Positions 50,465 to 58,960 of a stretch of DNA of 64,000 nucleotides are shown in pieces; positions within the stretch are counted from its first letter, which is position 1, and each line of letters begins with the position of its first letter. The notes beneath the pieces were generated by a model. That model had not been told where the DNA came from. It searched no databases and saw only the letters and a list, made by a program, of their open reading frames with translations. The DNA is taken from positions 224,001 through 288,000 of the forward strand of contig CAVTTL010000001.1 of NCBI GenBank assembly GCA_963737635.1, written 5' to 3'. The translations under genes and the position numbers were made by a program. The DNA is from an uncultured Methanoregulaceae archaeon. GTDB taxonomy: Archaea; Halobacteriota; Methanomicrobia; Methanomicrobiales; Methanospirillaceae.

Positions 50465-51229
50465 CTATTTTGAAAAATATATCTCCTTTATTCTGCGCCC
50501 CAATCCGTCAAAATCTGGGAATAATGAAAATTCGTTCATATTTGCTAATTTCAAAAATTTTTTTGCATCAGGAATGATATCTTTGGGGATATCAAATCGT
50601 TTGACGACATCAGTAGAGTAAATTTTTTCTAATGGATTCAAATTAGAACCGTGCACTGTAAAATAACTGTTCTGAGCAATTACACGAGGATGTCGTTTTA
50701 CAGGATTTATTGCGATAGGATTTTTAAATACTTTTTTCTCTAATTCGAGTGTTACAAACATTTTTTTATAATCAAGCGACTGCCCTTGTTCAATGCTAAT
50801 AATTCGTGGCTTATCCACAGATTTTATATTTAACCTTACAGGGTTCAACATCCACACGCAAGGGGTGTTCACTTCATCATGTTTGCGCAATGCAAAATAT
50901 AATGCGACTGTAAAACTTCCCGTCCAATCGAGAAGTCTTGTCGGTATTTCATGATGCCTCATCTCATAAAGTACTTCCCATGATTCTTTCAAACAATTTG
51001 AATGCAAAATTGCTGAATTAGTCTCAAAATCGTAAAATACAGTCATTTCCCGATTTTTTGAATAATCGAGATCGTGAGAGATATCTATGTCTCTGAATAA
51101 AGTTGGCAACAATGTATGAGAATTGTTTGATAAACCTCGAAAAAATGGCGTATGGCATCCATTAGTTTTATCATTAAAAAGTCGATCTATTTCTTCAATT
51201 ATTTCGGAATATAAGTCTGCCCAAGACAT
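50465..51229 (-). CDS. FRG-domain protein
   Basis: FFRG, LLPTLFR, MRHHEIPTRLLDWT...ALYFA, R..AQ...F, LFPD.DG. Confidence 0.9.
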   Translation of the reverse strand: MSWADLYSEIIEEIDRLFNDKTNGCHTPFFRGLSNNSHTLLPTLFRDIDISHDLDYSKNREMTVFYDFETNSAILHSNCLKESWEVLYEMRHHEIPTRLLDWTGSFTVALYFALRKHDEVNTPCVWMLNPVRLNIKSVDKPRIISIEQGQSLDYKKMFVTLELEKKVFKNPIAINPVKRHPRVIAQNSYFTVHGSNLNPLEKIYSTDVVKRFDIPKDIIPDAKKFLKLANMNEFSLFPDFDGLGRRIKEIYFSK

Positions 51230-51340
51230 TTATTCTAACCTCATTTGATACATAATCTTTTCAGAATAATATACTTTCAACTATGAATGGGTCTGTCTTG
51301 ACAGGATAACGTTAATATTCACAAAAATATAGTTTGATGC

Positions 51341-52135
51341 ATGATAGAAACAAGAAATGGTGTGGTCGTATTTTTAGACGCATTAGGTATTTCTGATTAT
51401 AATAACGATAAATGTAAAATTTTTGTTAAAAATAGGGATGAAATAAAAGACGAATTGAAGTTTGTAGTAGAGAAATGGAAGATTCAATTGGAAGAAGAGC
51501 TTGGCAAAATATTACTTAAACCGAATATAGCAACATTCCAAGATTCCATAATATTGTGGTGGCCAGAGCAGAAAGCGAATTCATTAGACTTTTTTTTAGG
51601 GGCAGGTCATATCGTTACTGCAATAATCAATCTAGCGATCCAGAGAAAAATTTTTCTCCGTGGAGCCATTTCTGTAGGGGAATATATTTATGACGAATCA
51701 TCGGCGAACGTAACTATAATTGGTCAGGCTGTTGCCGACGCTTATAAATATCATGCTATTACTGATTGGATTGGAGTGATTCAAACCCCAAGGTTTCGAC
51801 GTGAATATCTTTGCTATCTAAATTCTGTTGCTGATAACGATAATGTACCGTTGAATGCAGTGATTAAAAAATATAGTACCTTTTTTGTTCCCTGTAACAT
51901 TCCCTTACACAAAGATAAAAATGAGATTGGAACGTTATCAATGGAGAAATTTTTTGCTGTCTCATGGCCTCAATTAACATATCAAATTGAAAATAAAGGA
52001 TGCGAGCAAATATTAAGTATTTTATTATATGAATCTCATCGTCCGGAGAATGCAAAGTACAAATCAAAATATGATAATACTCTAATATTCGCTGAATGGT
52101 ATAAGGATAATGAATATTACCCACCACCTGCATGA
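51341..52135 (+). CDS. Class III nucleotide-cyclase-fold protein
   Basis: VFLDALG, FQDSII, LRGAISVG, IIGQAVADAY. Confidence 0.65.
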   Translation: MIETRNGVVVFLDALGISDYNNDKCKIFVKNRDEIKDELKFVVEKWKIQLEEELGKILLKPNIATFQDSIILWWPEQKANSLDFFLGAGHIVTAIINLAIQRKIFLRGAISVGEYIYDESSANVTIIGQAVADAYKYHAITDWIGVIQTPRFRREYLCYLNSVADNDNVPLNAVIKKYSTFFVPCNIPLHKDKNEIGTLSMEKFFAVSWPQLTYQIENKGCEQILSILLYESHRPENAKYKSKYDNTLIFAEWYKDNEYYPPPA

Positions 52136-52941
52136 GTGAATTAGATAGATTACAATCATTCAAAATTGATTTTTCAGAGATATGTGATCTATGACAGATT
52201 CAATTTTTCTTCAGTAAGTTTCTTATCAGTACCTTGAGTCTCTAATAGTCGAGCCTTTCCCTGCCGGATCCATCGCTTCCAAACCAAAATCGCGATAGGA
52301 TCTTCCATATGTTCCAATTCATCAATTGATACTGTTAGCATCCAGACCCCCATAGGGAGCGAATTTTACTGTATTCTGAGTCTTCCCTATAATGCGTCTC
52401 AAAAGGGGGGTATATAAAAAATACGACTGTTCAGAAGAAAATATGCAAATTTTTAACCACGGTCAAAAAAGTAACGCCATTTTTAAGATTTTGTATAATC
52501 CAAATGATCATGAATCCGGTCGTTAAATCTCGTAAAACTATGCTTGATCATGTTCAATGTCTGTTTCAAGCTCGCTCAACACATGCTGCGATCATGCAAA
52601 CGCTGAAAATCGGGCGTTGCGCTGCGTTGCGATTGTCAAAGTTGTGAAAATTACACTGCAAATTTTGGTTGAATTCACTAGCGCAGCGCAGCGACGCGTT
52701 AAATCCAAAAATGATGTTTTGTACCGAATATGACCTTATTTAAATCTTTCTTGTAAAAACCGTTCTCCGTCGTGAACTGTGTAACCGCGCGGGCTGTTTA
52801 TAAACTTGAATATAAATTATACGTGAATAGGTTCTGATAACTTAACGGGACTTCGGGACTTTTGGAAGTGTGTGATAAGTGGAGGGACTTTTCGTGCATC
52901 TTGAATAGATTGATGAGATTAGAAACGAAGTATACATTCTT

Positions 52942-53184
52942 ATGAATGATGAATACACCCGTGAAAACCGAATAAGAAAATATAACTTGAAACTCAAAGC
53001 GGAAGCAGTTGCTCTAACAAGTTACTCCATAATTGTGGCCTTATTTGTTTTTATGGTTGGTAGTTCAAGTTACGCCGATTTAACAAAAGTCGCACTTTCG
53101 ATACTATTGTTATTCGTAATGGTGGTATTATCAAAGCGTTTCAAAAAGATGGATTCGGAAATAGATGATATTTTCACGAATTAA
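52942..53184 (+). CDS. Small two-TM passenger protein
   Basis: 80 aa with two hydrophobic helices. Confidence 0.6.
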   Translation: MNDEYTRENRIRKYNLKLKAEAVALTSYSIIVALFVFMVGSSSYADLTKVALSILLLFVMVVLSKRFKKMDSEIDDIFTN

Positions 53185-53197
53185 CGAGTGGAAAAAA

Positions 53198-54379
53198 TTA
53201 TTTCCCCGCCGCCAGCCCGATCATCGTTTCCCACCGGTTCCCCATCAGGTTGATCGGGATATTTGCCATCTGCGCCGGTGTCATTCCCCCAATCCCCATG
53301 TGAGGCCGGATATAGTTGTAATATGTCTGCATTCCAGCGGCAAACTCTCCGGCACCAATCGCGCTATCAAGGCTTCGCATAACCTTCGTGCGCTCTCGGA
53401 ACGTGCCGTTCAAGCGTTCGAGGATATTGTTGTTCGGCTTTGTCTCAAAGTCTTTGAGTCGGATATGAGGATTCTGGATTCTGCCGAGTCCGTAGTACTC
53501 AGCCTTGATTGCCTCTTTGTAAGCCTGCAACCCATCGGTCACAATTGCATCCGGTCGAACATTGGTAATGCTCTTTGCGGTCTGTAGTGGCTTGCGGGCA
53601 TCCTTTACAAACCGTGTTTCAGTAACTTGACAGGCGAGGAGATACCGCGTCTTTGCGTCCATGACATTCCAGATCCACTGGTAATACTTCTTCTCGCCGT
53701 CTTTCTTGATGAAGATCGTAGTCTCATCGGAGTGCCAGATGTTTCCAACGTCTGCTTTGTATTTCTCGGAATATCCTCCAAGGAGTTTCAGATACTTCTT
53801 AATCCAGCTTAGAATAGTTGGTTGTGTAACTTCGACACTTTCAAATTGTTTCAGGTGGTCGGCAATCTTCCTCTGCGATACTCCCTTGAAGTAAAGGTCG
53901 AGGGTGAGAGTGATAACCTTTGGATTAAACTTCATCCGGCAGAATCCCTTATCCACAACGAACCGGTGATCACAGTCCGTGCATCCATACCTCTGAACTT
54001 CTCCGAATTGTGTCTTGCGGATACCACGCTTTACAACGTTCGCGCTCTTGCAAGCGGGGCAAAGGACTTTTATTTCGGTTTCTGCGATTGCAGCAGGTGC
54101 GCTGTGTTCCTGAATGTCTCCGGAGAGTTTTAGGGAGAATTGTACCGCGTGGATGTGTTTGCAGGGCGCGTTTCTGGTTGTGAAGTCTGGGCAAGTACAG
54201 AACCAATCGTGAAGGTGTGGTGCATTGCGACCTTTTACGAACTTTCGGGTGACTTGATAGTATGCGTCTTTTGACTGCGACCGGACATCCCATTCGTTCT
54301 TCCCGGTTTGAATGATCGTGTTTGGCTGCGAGAGGATCGCAAGTCCTCTTAATTCTCTTGGGTTGGTTAGTTGCTGCAT
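53198..54379 (-). CDS. IS6-family DDE transposase with N-terminal SWIM finger and Zn ribbon
   Basis: CTCPDF..CKHIHAV; CPAC..CTDC; WHSDET, VTDG, NNILER. Confidence 0.88.
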   Translation of the reverse strand: MQQLTNPRELRGLAILSQPNTIIQTGKNEWDVRSQSKDAYYQVTRKFVKGRNAPHLHDWFCTCPDFTTRNAPCKHIHAVQFSLKLSGDIQEHSAPAAIAETEIKVLCPACKSANVVKRGIRKTQFGEVQRYGCTDCDHRFVVDKGFCRMKFNPKVITLTLDLYFKGVSQRKIADHLKQFESVEVTQPTILSWIKKYLKLLGGYSEKYKADVGNIWHSDETTIFIKKDGEKKYYQWIWNVMDAKTRYLLACQVTETRFVKDARKPLQTAKSITNVRPDAIVTDGLQAYKEAIKAEYYGLGRIQNPHIRLKDFETKPNNNILERLNGTFRERTKVMRSLDSAIGAGEFAAGMQTYYNYIRPHMGIGGMTPAQMANIPINLMGNRWETMIGLAAGK

Positions 54380-54496
54380 GTTGTTTCACCTATTTGTTTA
54401 CTTGTTAATTACCTATAAGTTGTATGGGTATAAATAACTTATTGCCGATTAAAAAGGCAACAACATTTAAATAAAAAGGAAACACATAGTAAATAC

Positions 54497-54673
54497 ATGG
54501 CAAAAAATGTAAGAGCCGACGAGTCGATTTTACACCCGGCAACAACCAATAGTATCTCGTTGAGAACGACGATACCGAGTTATATTGTAGCGAAGTTGGA
54601 ATTGGAAAAAGGACACCGGTTTAGATGGTGTATTGAGAGCGAGGGATTGAGGATTGAAGTTATAAAAGAGTGA
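54497..54673 (+). CDS. AbrB-like 58-aa DNA-binding protein (not in ORF track)
   Basis: MAKNVRADESILHPATTNSISLRTTIPSYIVAKLELEKGHRFRW...; divergent from the transposase. Confidence 0.7.
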   Translation: MAKNVRADESILHPATTNSISLRTTIPSYIVAKLELEKGHRFRWCIESEGLRIEVIKE

Positions 54674-54739
54674 ATAAGTTTATCAGTCCTCAAAAATCAT
54701 TTCGAATAGTATTTATTTATCTTTATCAATTCTCAGATT

Positions 54740-55174
54740 ATGAATGGAAATCAAAGTACTGATAACCACGTATCATTATTTTTAGCTGGGTTTGTAATCG
54801 GAGCCGGTGTATTTGCAGGCGAACTTTTAATTTATGTCGGCAATGAGATCATGGATGTATTCAAATCGGTATTTACATCACCACAAACCACTCAGGTTTT
54901 CACTACTTATTCAACATCAATTGAAATGCTCATCGTTGGTGGATTTATTGTTAATATCGCAATTGGTTATCTCACACCAGTATCATTTTCATCGGGTTTT
55001 CTTTTAGGCGATTTATTTATGATAGCAATTCTTGCATCTGCTCTGCAACAAATTGCCCCCCCTGTTTTAGTCGGAATGATAATAGCATTTCTTGCAGTTC
55101 TTTTAGGGATTGTATTAAAAATGGTATTAGGAAAAGGTGGAAACCAATATCGTCAATATGATTATTGGGGTTAA
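54740..55174 (+). CDS. Multi-TM passenger membrane protein
   Basis: About four hydrophobic segments. Confidence 0.65.
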   Translation: MNGNQSTDNHVSLFLAGFVIGAGVFAGELLIYVGNEIMDVFKSVFTSPQTTQVFTTYSTSIEMLIVGGFIVNIAIGYLTPVSFSSGFLLGDLFMIAILASALQQIAPPVLVGMIIAFLAVLLGIVLKMVLGKGGNQYRQYDYWG

Positions 55175-55396
55175 AACTGCAAAAATTGGAATAATCGTAA
55201 TGTACATCAATTCTTTTTTTGATAGGCGCAGTGTAATCCACGAACAAAACGTAAATAGAATTACTCCGAGAAATCCAACTACAGTTGTTATAAAATTAAC
55301 ACATATTCCAGATCTTGCTAATATCAGTATATTCGCCATAATCAATAAGATTATCAATTTTGCTCTATTGATACTTTCATTATTTGTCATAATCAC
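55127..55396 (-). CDS. Small hydrophobic passenger protein
   Basis: 89 aa, about three TMs; convergent overlap with the previous gene. Confidence 0.45.
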   Translation of the reverse strand: MIMTNNESINRAKLIILLIMANILILARSGICVNFITTVVGFLGVILFTFCSWITLRLSKKELMYITIIPIFAVLTPIIILTILVSTFS

Positions 55397-55996
55397 TTCT
55401 CCAAATTCATTTTATCGATATCAGACCGATATCCGCATGACTCCCATCTTACTTTTGCAAGTATCCCACCCTGATTAACAGTCATCTCCATCCCTCACCA
55501 GTCAGGTTAACAGAATCCAATGATCCAGATTTTCGACAAGTCCCGTCACTTATCGCGCTCTTGGTTTTTTGTAAAAGTCCCGTCATGTTATCACAACCCG
55601 TGAATATGGATTTTGGCACCGCATTTGAAGTTTGCTTAGTTCTGATGCGTTCGCAGTTGATCAACCGACTTAGCGGTTGACGAATGTATGGCGGTAGGTA
55701 GTACTAACACAAAAGATGTTACAATTTGTGTAAGATTAACGTCAGATTACTTGAAGGAATAAACTGTAATGATTTATAGGATATTCGCGTATAACGTCCC
55801 AAATTGCATTTGGCCGCCAAATATTGGCATCTGCCAAAAGATTTACAACAAGAAACACCTATTGTAATATTGGTGGAAAAACTCAGCGTCACGCTGAAAA
55901 AAATGCGTTGCGGCACTTTCAAAGCCGGGAGGTCAAATCAACCTCTAAGAACTGCGTTCAACGCCAAAGTTATGATAACCTTATTCGAGGTTAAAA

Positions 55997-56254
55997 ATGG
56001 AAACGTTTCAGATTAAAATGAAACCTGAGGCGGAAAAACAGCTGACGAAATATGATCGTGAAATACAAGTACGTTTCGCTAAAAAAATTCGGAAGCTGAA
56101 AGAGAATCCAGATTGTTGCGGGAAGCCACTAAAAAGACCTCTTCATGGATATTGGGAACTCTATTTCGAGAGAAAATTCAGAATCGTCTATACCATAGAT
56201 TTGAATGGTAAAATTGTTTATATTGAGGCGATCAAACACAAGGACGAATTCTAG
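55997..56254 (+). CDS. RelE-family toxin
   Basis: KLKENP..GKPLK..L.GYWELYF..KFRIVY...KHKDE. Confidence 0.85.
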   Translation: METFQIKMKPEAEKQLTKYDREIQVRFAKKIRKLKENPDCCGKPLKRPLHGYWELYFERKFRIVYTIDLNGKIVYIEAIKHKDEF

Positions 56255-56442
56255 ATACCCAGTTCCTTTGCGATATCTTCAAAATCACGAGATTTGATAC
56301 CCTTCTGTTGCCCCTTCTTAATTTGCATCATTAAATCTTTATCAGAAAGGACTTCGATGGTTTTGCTCATGGATTCATATTCATCCTTGGATATGGTAAC
56401 CCATTCAGTTTCATGTTTACCATGAACAATAACTTGACTCAT
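56251..56442 (-). CDS. RelB/Phd-like antitoxin, convergent with toxin
   Basis: VTISKDEYESM..TIEVLSD.DLM.QI. Confidence 0.7.
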   Translation of the reverse strand: MSQVIVHGKHETEWVTISKDEYESMSKTIEVLSDKDLMMQIKKGQQKGIKSRDFEDIAKELGI

Positions 56443-56549
56443 ACTATGGTATAGTTGTAGAACTTCTCGTTATTAAAAATAATGCAATAGGGATATGGTG
56501 CTGTTGCATCGCAAGACGTTCTGTTGAAAGATTCAAGGGGATCGCGGGG

Positions 56550-56711
56550 TTACCACGTCTTCCAGCCCCGGGACTTGCACTTCTTCAGAAATTCCCCGAA
56601 TTTTCTGAAGTACTGGTGCTCTCGTAACCGGAATTCCTTGTTCAGATGTCGCCGATCCTTTGCTGAATCATGCCGGAACCAGAAGCGGGTGTTTTTCACC
56701 GTATGAGACAT
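56550..56711 (-). CDS. 53-aa basic protein (not in ORF track)
   Basis: MSHTVKNTRFWFRHDSAKDRRHLNKEFRLREHQYFRKFGEFLKKCKSRGWKTW. Confidence 0.5.
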   Translation of the reverse strand: MSHTVKNTRFWFRHDSAKDRRHLNKEFRLREHQYFRKFGEFLKKCKSRGWKTW

Positions 56712-56949
56712 GCATTTTCAGGGTAAGGATTATTCTTATTCATCTTTTCCGGTTGATCTTCAACCAAGCCCTTGTTTATTCCGGTATCAAAAAGGATATT
56801 ATGTGAGAATGTGATATTGGTAAAGTAGGAAATTCGCCCAAATAACTGTCCAATTAAGATTTGGACGCAGTGTAGGGAATCTCCTTAGCAACATTACTTT
56901 TCTTGTTATATCAAATATTTCATTAAAAAAATTTCATCTAGATTGTTCA

Positions 56950-57218
56950 CTAAATCTTTCCGTATTTTTTGTGCGCCAATTCCTGACTCATGATATGATC
57001 TACGTAGACTGTATCGGCATTAGTGTAGTAGAAAAGGGTATACTTCGAAGATATATGCATCCTCCATCCGGGTTTCCGGGTCTTGAGCTTCTTTACATTG
57101 CCCTGCACATTCGGGGGTTCTTTTAATCTTTCGATGTATTCTCCGATGATTCTCCGGTCTTTCTCGGGCAACTGCCGGAGAAACGCCTTTACTTCATCTT
57201 CGATCTCAATTAATACGC
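56950..57218 (-). pseudogene. RelE-family toxin lacking an intact start
   Basis: VLIEIEDEVKAFLRQLPEKDRR...WRMHI..KYTLFY; in-frame stop just upstream. Confidence 0.65.
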
Positions 57219-57228
57219 TTTACCTCGG

Positions 57229-57453
57229 TTAAAGCCCGAGCTCTTCTTTCGCCTGATCCCAGGGAATGAAGTGATCGTCCCTGTCAATTTCATCGAGATC
57301 CATCTCAAGCTTACGAAACTGGTGCTCTTTAATGAGCTCAGCTATCGTATCTCCGAGTGACTTCCCCGGTTCTTTTAGACCGTGAAGGGCAGCCCAGGTG
57401 CTCGGCGTGAGGGCAACCCGTTTGTCTGCTACTTCCTCAATTGATGTTGCCAT
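57229..57453 (-). CDS. Antitoxin (RHH-like)
   Basis: KRVALTPSTWAAL..LK.PG.S..DTI.EL; GTATAA/TTATAC half-sites at 57485-57508. Confidence 0.65.
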   Translation of the reverse strand: MATSIEEVADKRVALTPSTWAALHGLKEPGKSLGDTIAELIKEHQFRKLEMDLDEIDRDDHFIPWDQAKEELGL

Positions 57454-57667
57454 GCTGCAATACTTCCGTGTACATCGATTAAATGTATAAAATTATACCG
57501 TTGTATAACGTTGGTCGCTTGTCTAAAATAAAGGTCTCCTGAGCAATTGTATAAGGATTCGTGCTCAAATCAATTTTTTTTCCGGAGGTTTCTTACCACT
57601 ACCTTGAGTTTGATCGATGCATGTGGGGCATAAGAGAGATAAATCGGCAGATGCAAACGTCATGGTA

Positions 57668-57880
57668 ATGAAAGTCCTTGTTCAACTGGTGCCGGAGGAA
57701 GAAGGTGGCTTCTCGGTCTTCGCTCCTGAATTGCCCGGGTGCATGTCCCAGGGTGAAACGGAAGAGGAGGCTCTTGAGAATATCCGGGAAGTCATCCCCG
57801 TATTCCTCGAGCTGCGCGATAAAAGGTTGGCGAAGGCAAAAGCTTCCCATCTCACCCGGGAAATTGAGATCGAAGCATGA
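57668..57880 (+). CDS. hicB: HicB antitoxin
   Basis: EEGGF.V..PELPGCMSQGETEEEALENI. Confidence 0.88.
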   Translation: MKVLVQLVPEEEGGFSVFAPELPGCMSQGETEEEALENIREVIPVFLELRDKRLAKAKASHLTREIEIEA

Positions 57881-58083
57881 AGATCCCGGTAGTCTCCGGG
57901 CTGGAGATGGTGAAGATCCTACACCGCAAGGGCTGGCACGTTTACCGGCAGACTGGCAGCCATGTTATCATGCAGAATGCTGATGAGACCCTGGAGCTCA
58001 GCATCCCTCAACACACGACCCTGAAAAAAGGTATGGTCCATCACTGCATCCGTGTCGCTGGCCTGAACGACAACGATTTCTGA
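57877..58083 (+). CDS. hicA: HicA toxin
   Basis: GW...RQTGSHVIM...IPQH..LKKG. Confidence 0.88.
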   Translation: MKIPVVSGLEMVKILHRKGWHVYRQTGSHVIMQNADETLELSIPQHTTLKKGMVHHCIRVAGLNDNDF

Positions 58084-58354
58084 CCTTTTTTATAACGCAT
58101 CTCTGTCAATCGGACAGAGGGTAGCTTGTTGAACACGGGAAAAGAATTCCGTCCGGAAGTACAACGCCCGGCGCAACCCATCAAAGAAAACCGCCGACCA
58201 TGCCAACAGGGAGCGGTGAATCCGGGTTACCAGACCGCACAGACCATTCTGAAGAAAATGCAAATTATTCTTTCAAACGGAACAATCAGTTTCGATCCTT
58301 GTCCTCGTGAATGTTTCATCTGAAGTCCCCCCGTTAGTTGGCACATTTTTAATA

Positions 58355-58956
58355 CTGTGTTTCCTGAGCCTGTTTCCACTGTCCCGGCTGAGGATGAAGA
58401 TTGCGCCCCGTCAGCGGTTGTAGATGGCGGGACCATAGTGACGTTGTTCTCCGGGGAAATTATAACAAAAGTCTGTTGGGCTACTACCGTAGGCCCAAGG
58501 GGGCTTGAGGAAGAAACATACGCCGCGTATTCACCCGGGTACACTGCCTGAAATCGGGTAATACGGGGGTACGGGTGAGAGGTAGTATAAATCTCCCATT
58601 GTGAAGGGATAATTTCCGCAGACCAGGTGCCGGTCCCATTCTCTCCGGGCTGGATGGACGCGTTTGTTATATAAAAGGATGAACCAAACCCCGCCGGGTT
58701 AAAAGCGAACCACCCGATATTCAGATCGAGAGACTTCTCCCAGGTCCACAGGTTCGTTGTCCCGTTGACAAAAAACACGTCGCCGACGGTATGGTTCCCA
58801 ATGGGATCGATCGTTATAAACGACGTTTCCGAAGAGGCCGTGGGTGTCGGGTTGGTATGGCTCGCTCCAATAGTGACGTATCCGGTCTGTTGTACCTGGC
58901 ACAACCAGAAAGGCTGCAATAAGAACGGCACAAATAACGAATCTTCCGAGAGTCAT
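58355..58956 (-). pseudogene. Paralog of 7891-8598; frameshifted signal peptide and lost anchor
   Basis: Near-identical segments (PLGP.V.AQQTF, NASIQPGENG.GTWSA); similarity stops after GSGNT. Confidence 0.7.
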
Positions 58957-58960
58957 CTCA

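Larger units (their letters stand above)
52830..55598. mobile_element. IS6-like transposon with passenger genes, 72-bp TIRs, 8-bp TSD
   Basis: TIRs at 52830-52901 and 55527-55598; CGTGAATA at 52822-52829 and 55599-55606. Confidence 0.88.
49127..56894. mobile_element. Decayed integrated element at tRNA-Glu
   Basis: tRNA 3' end GAATCCCCTTAGCAGCAT repeated as GAATCTCCTTAGCAACAT at 56877-56894; integrase remnant; AT-rich cargo. Confidence 0.7.
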
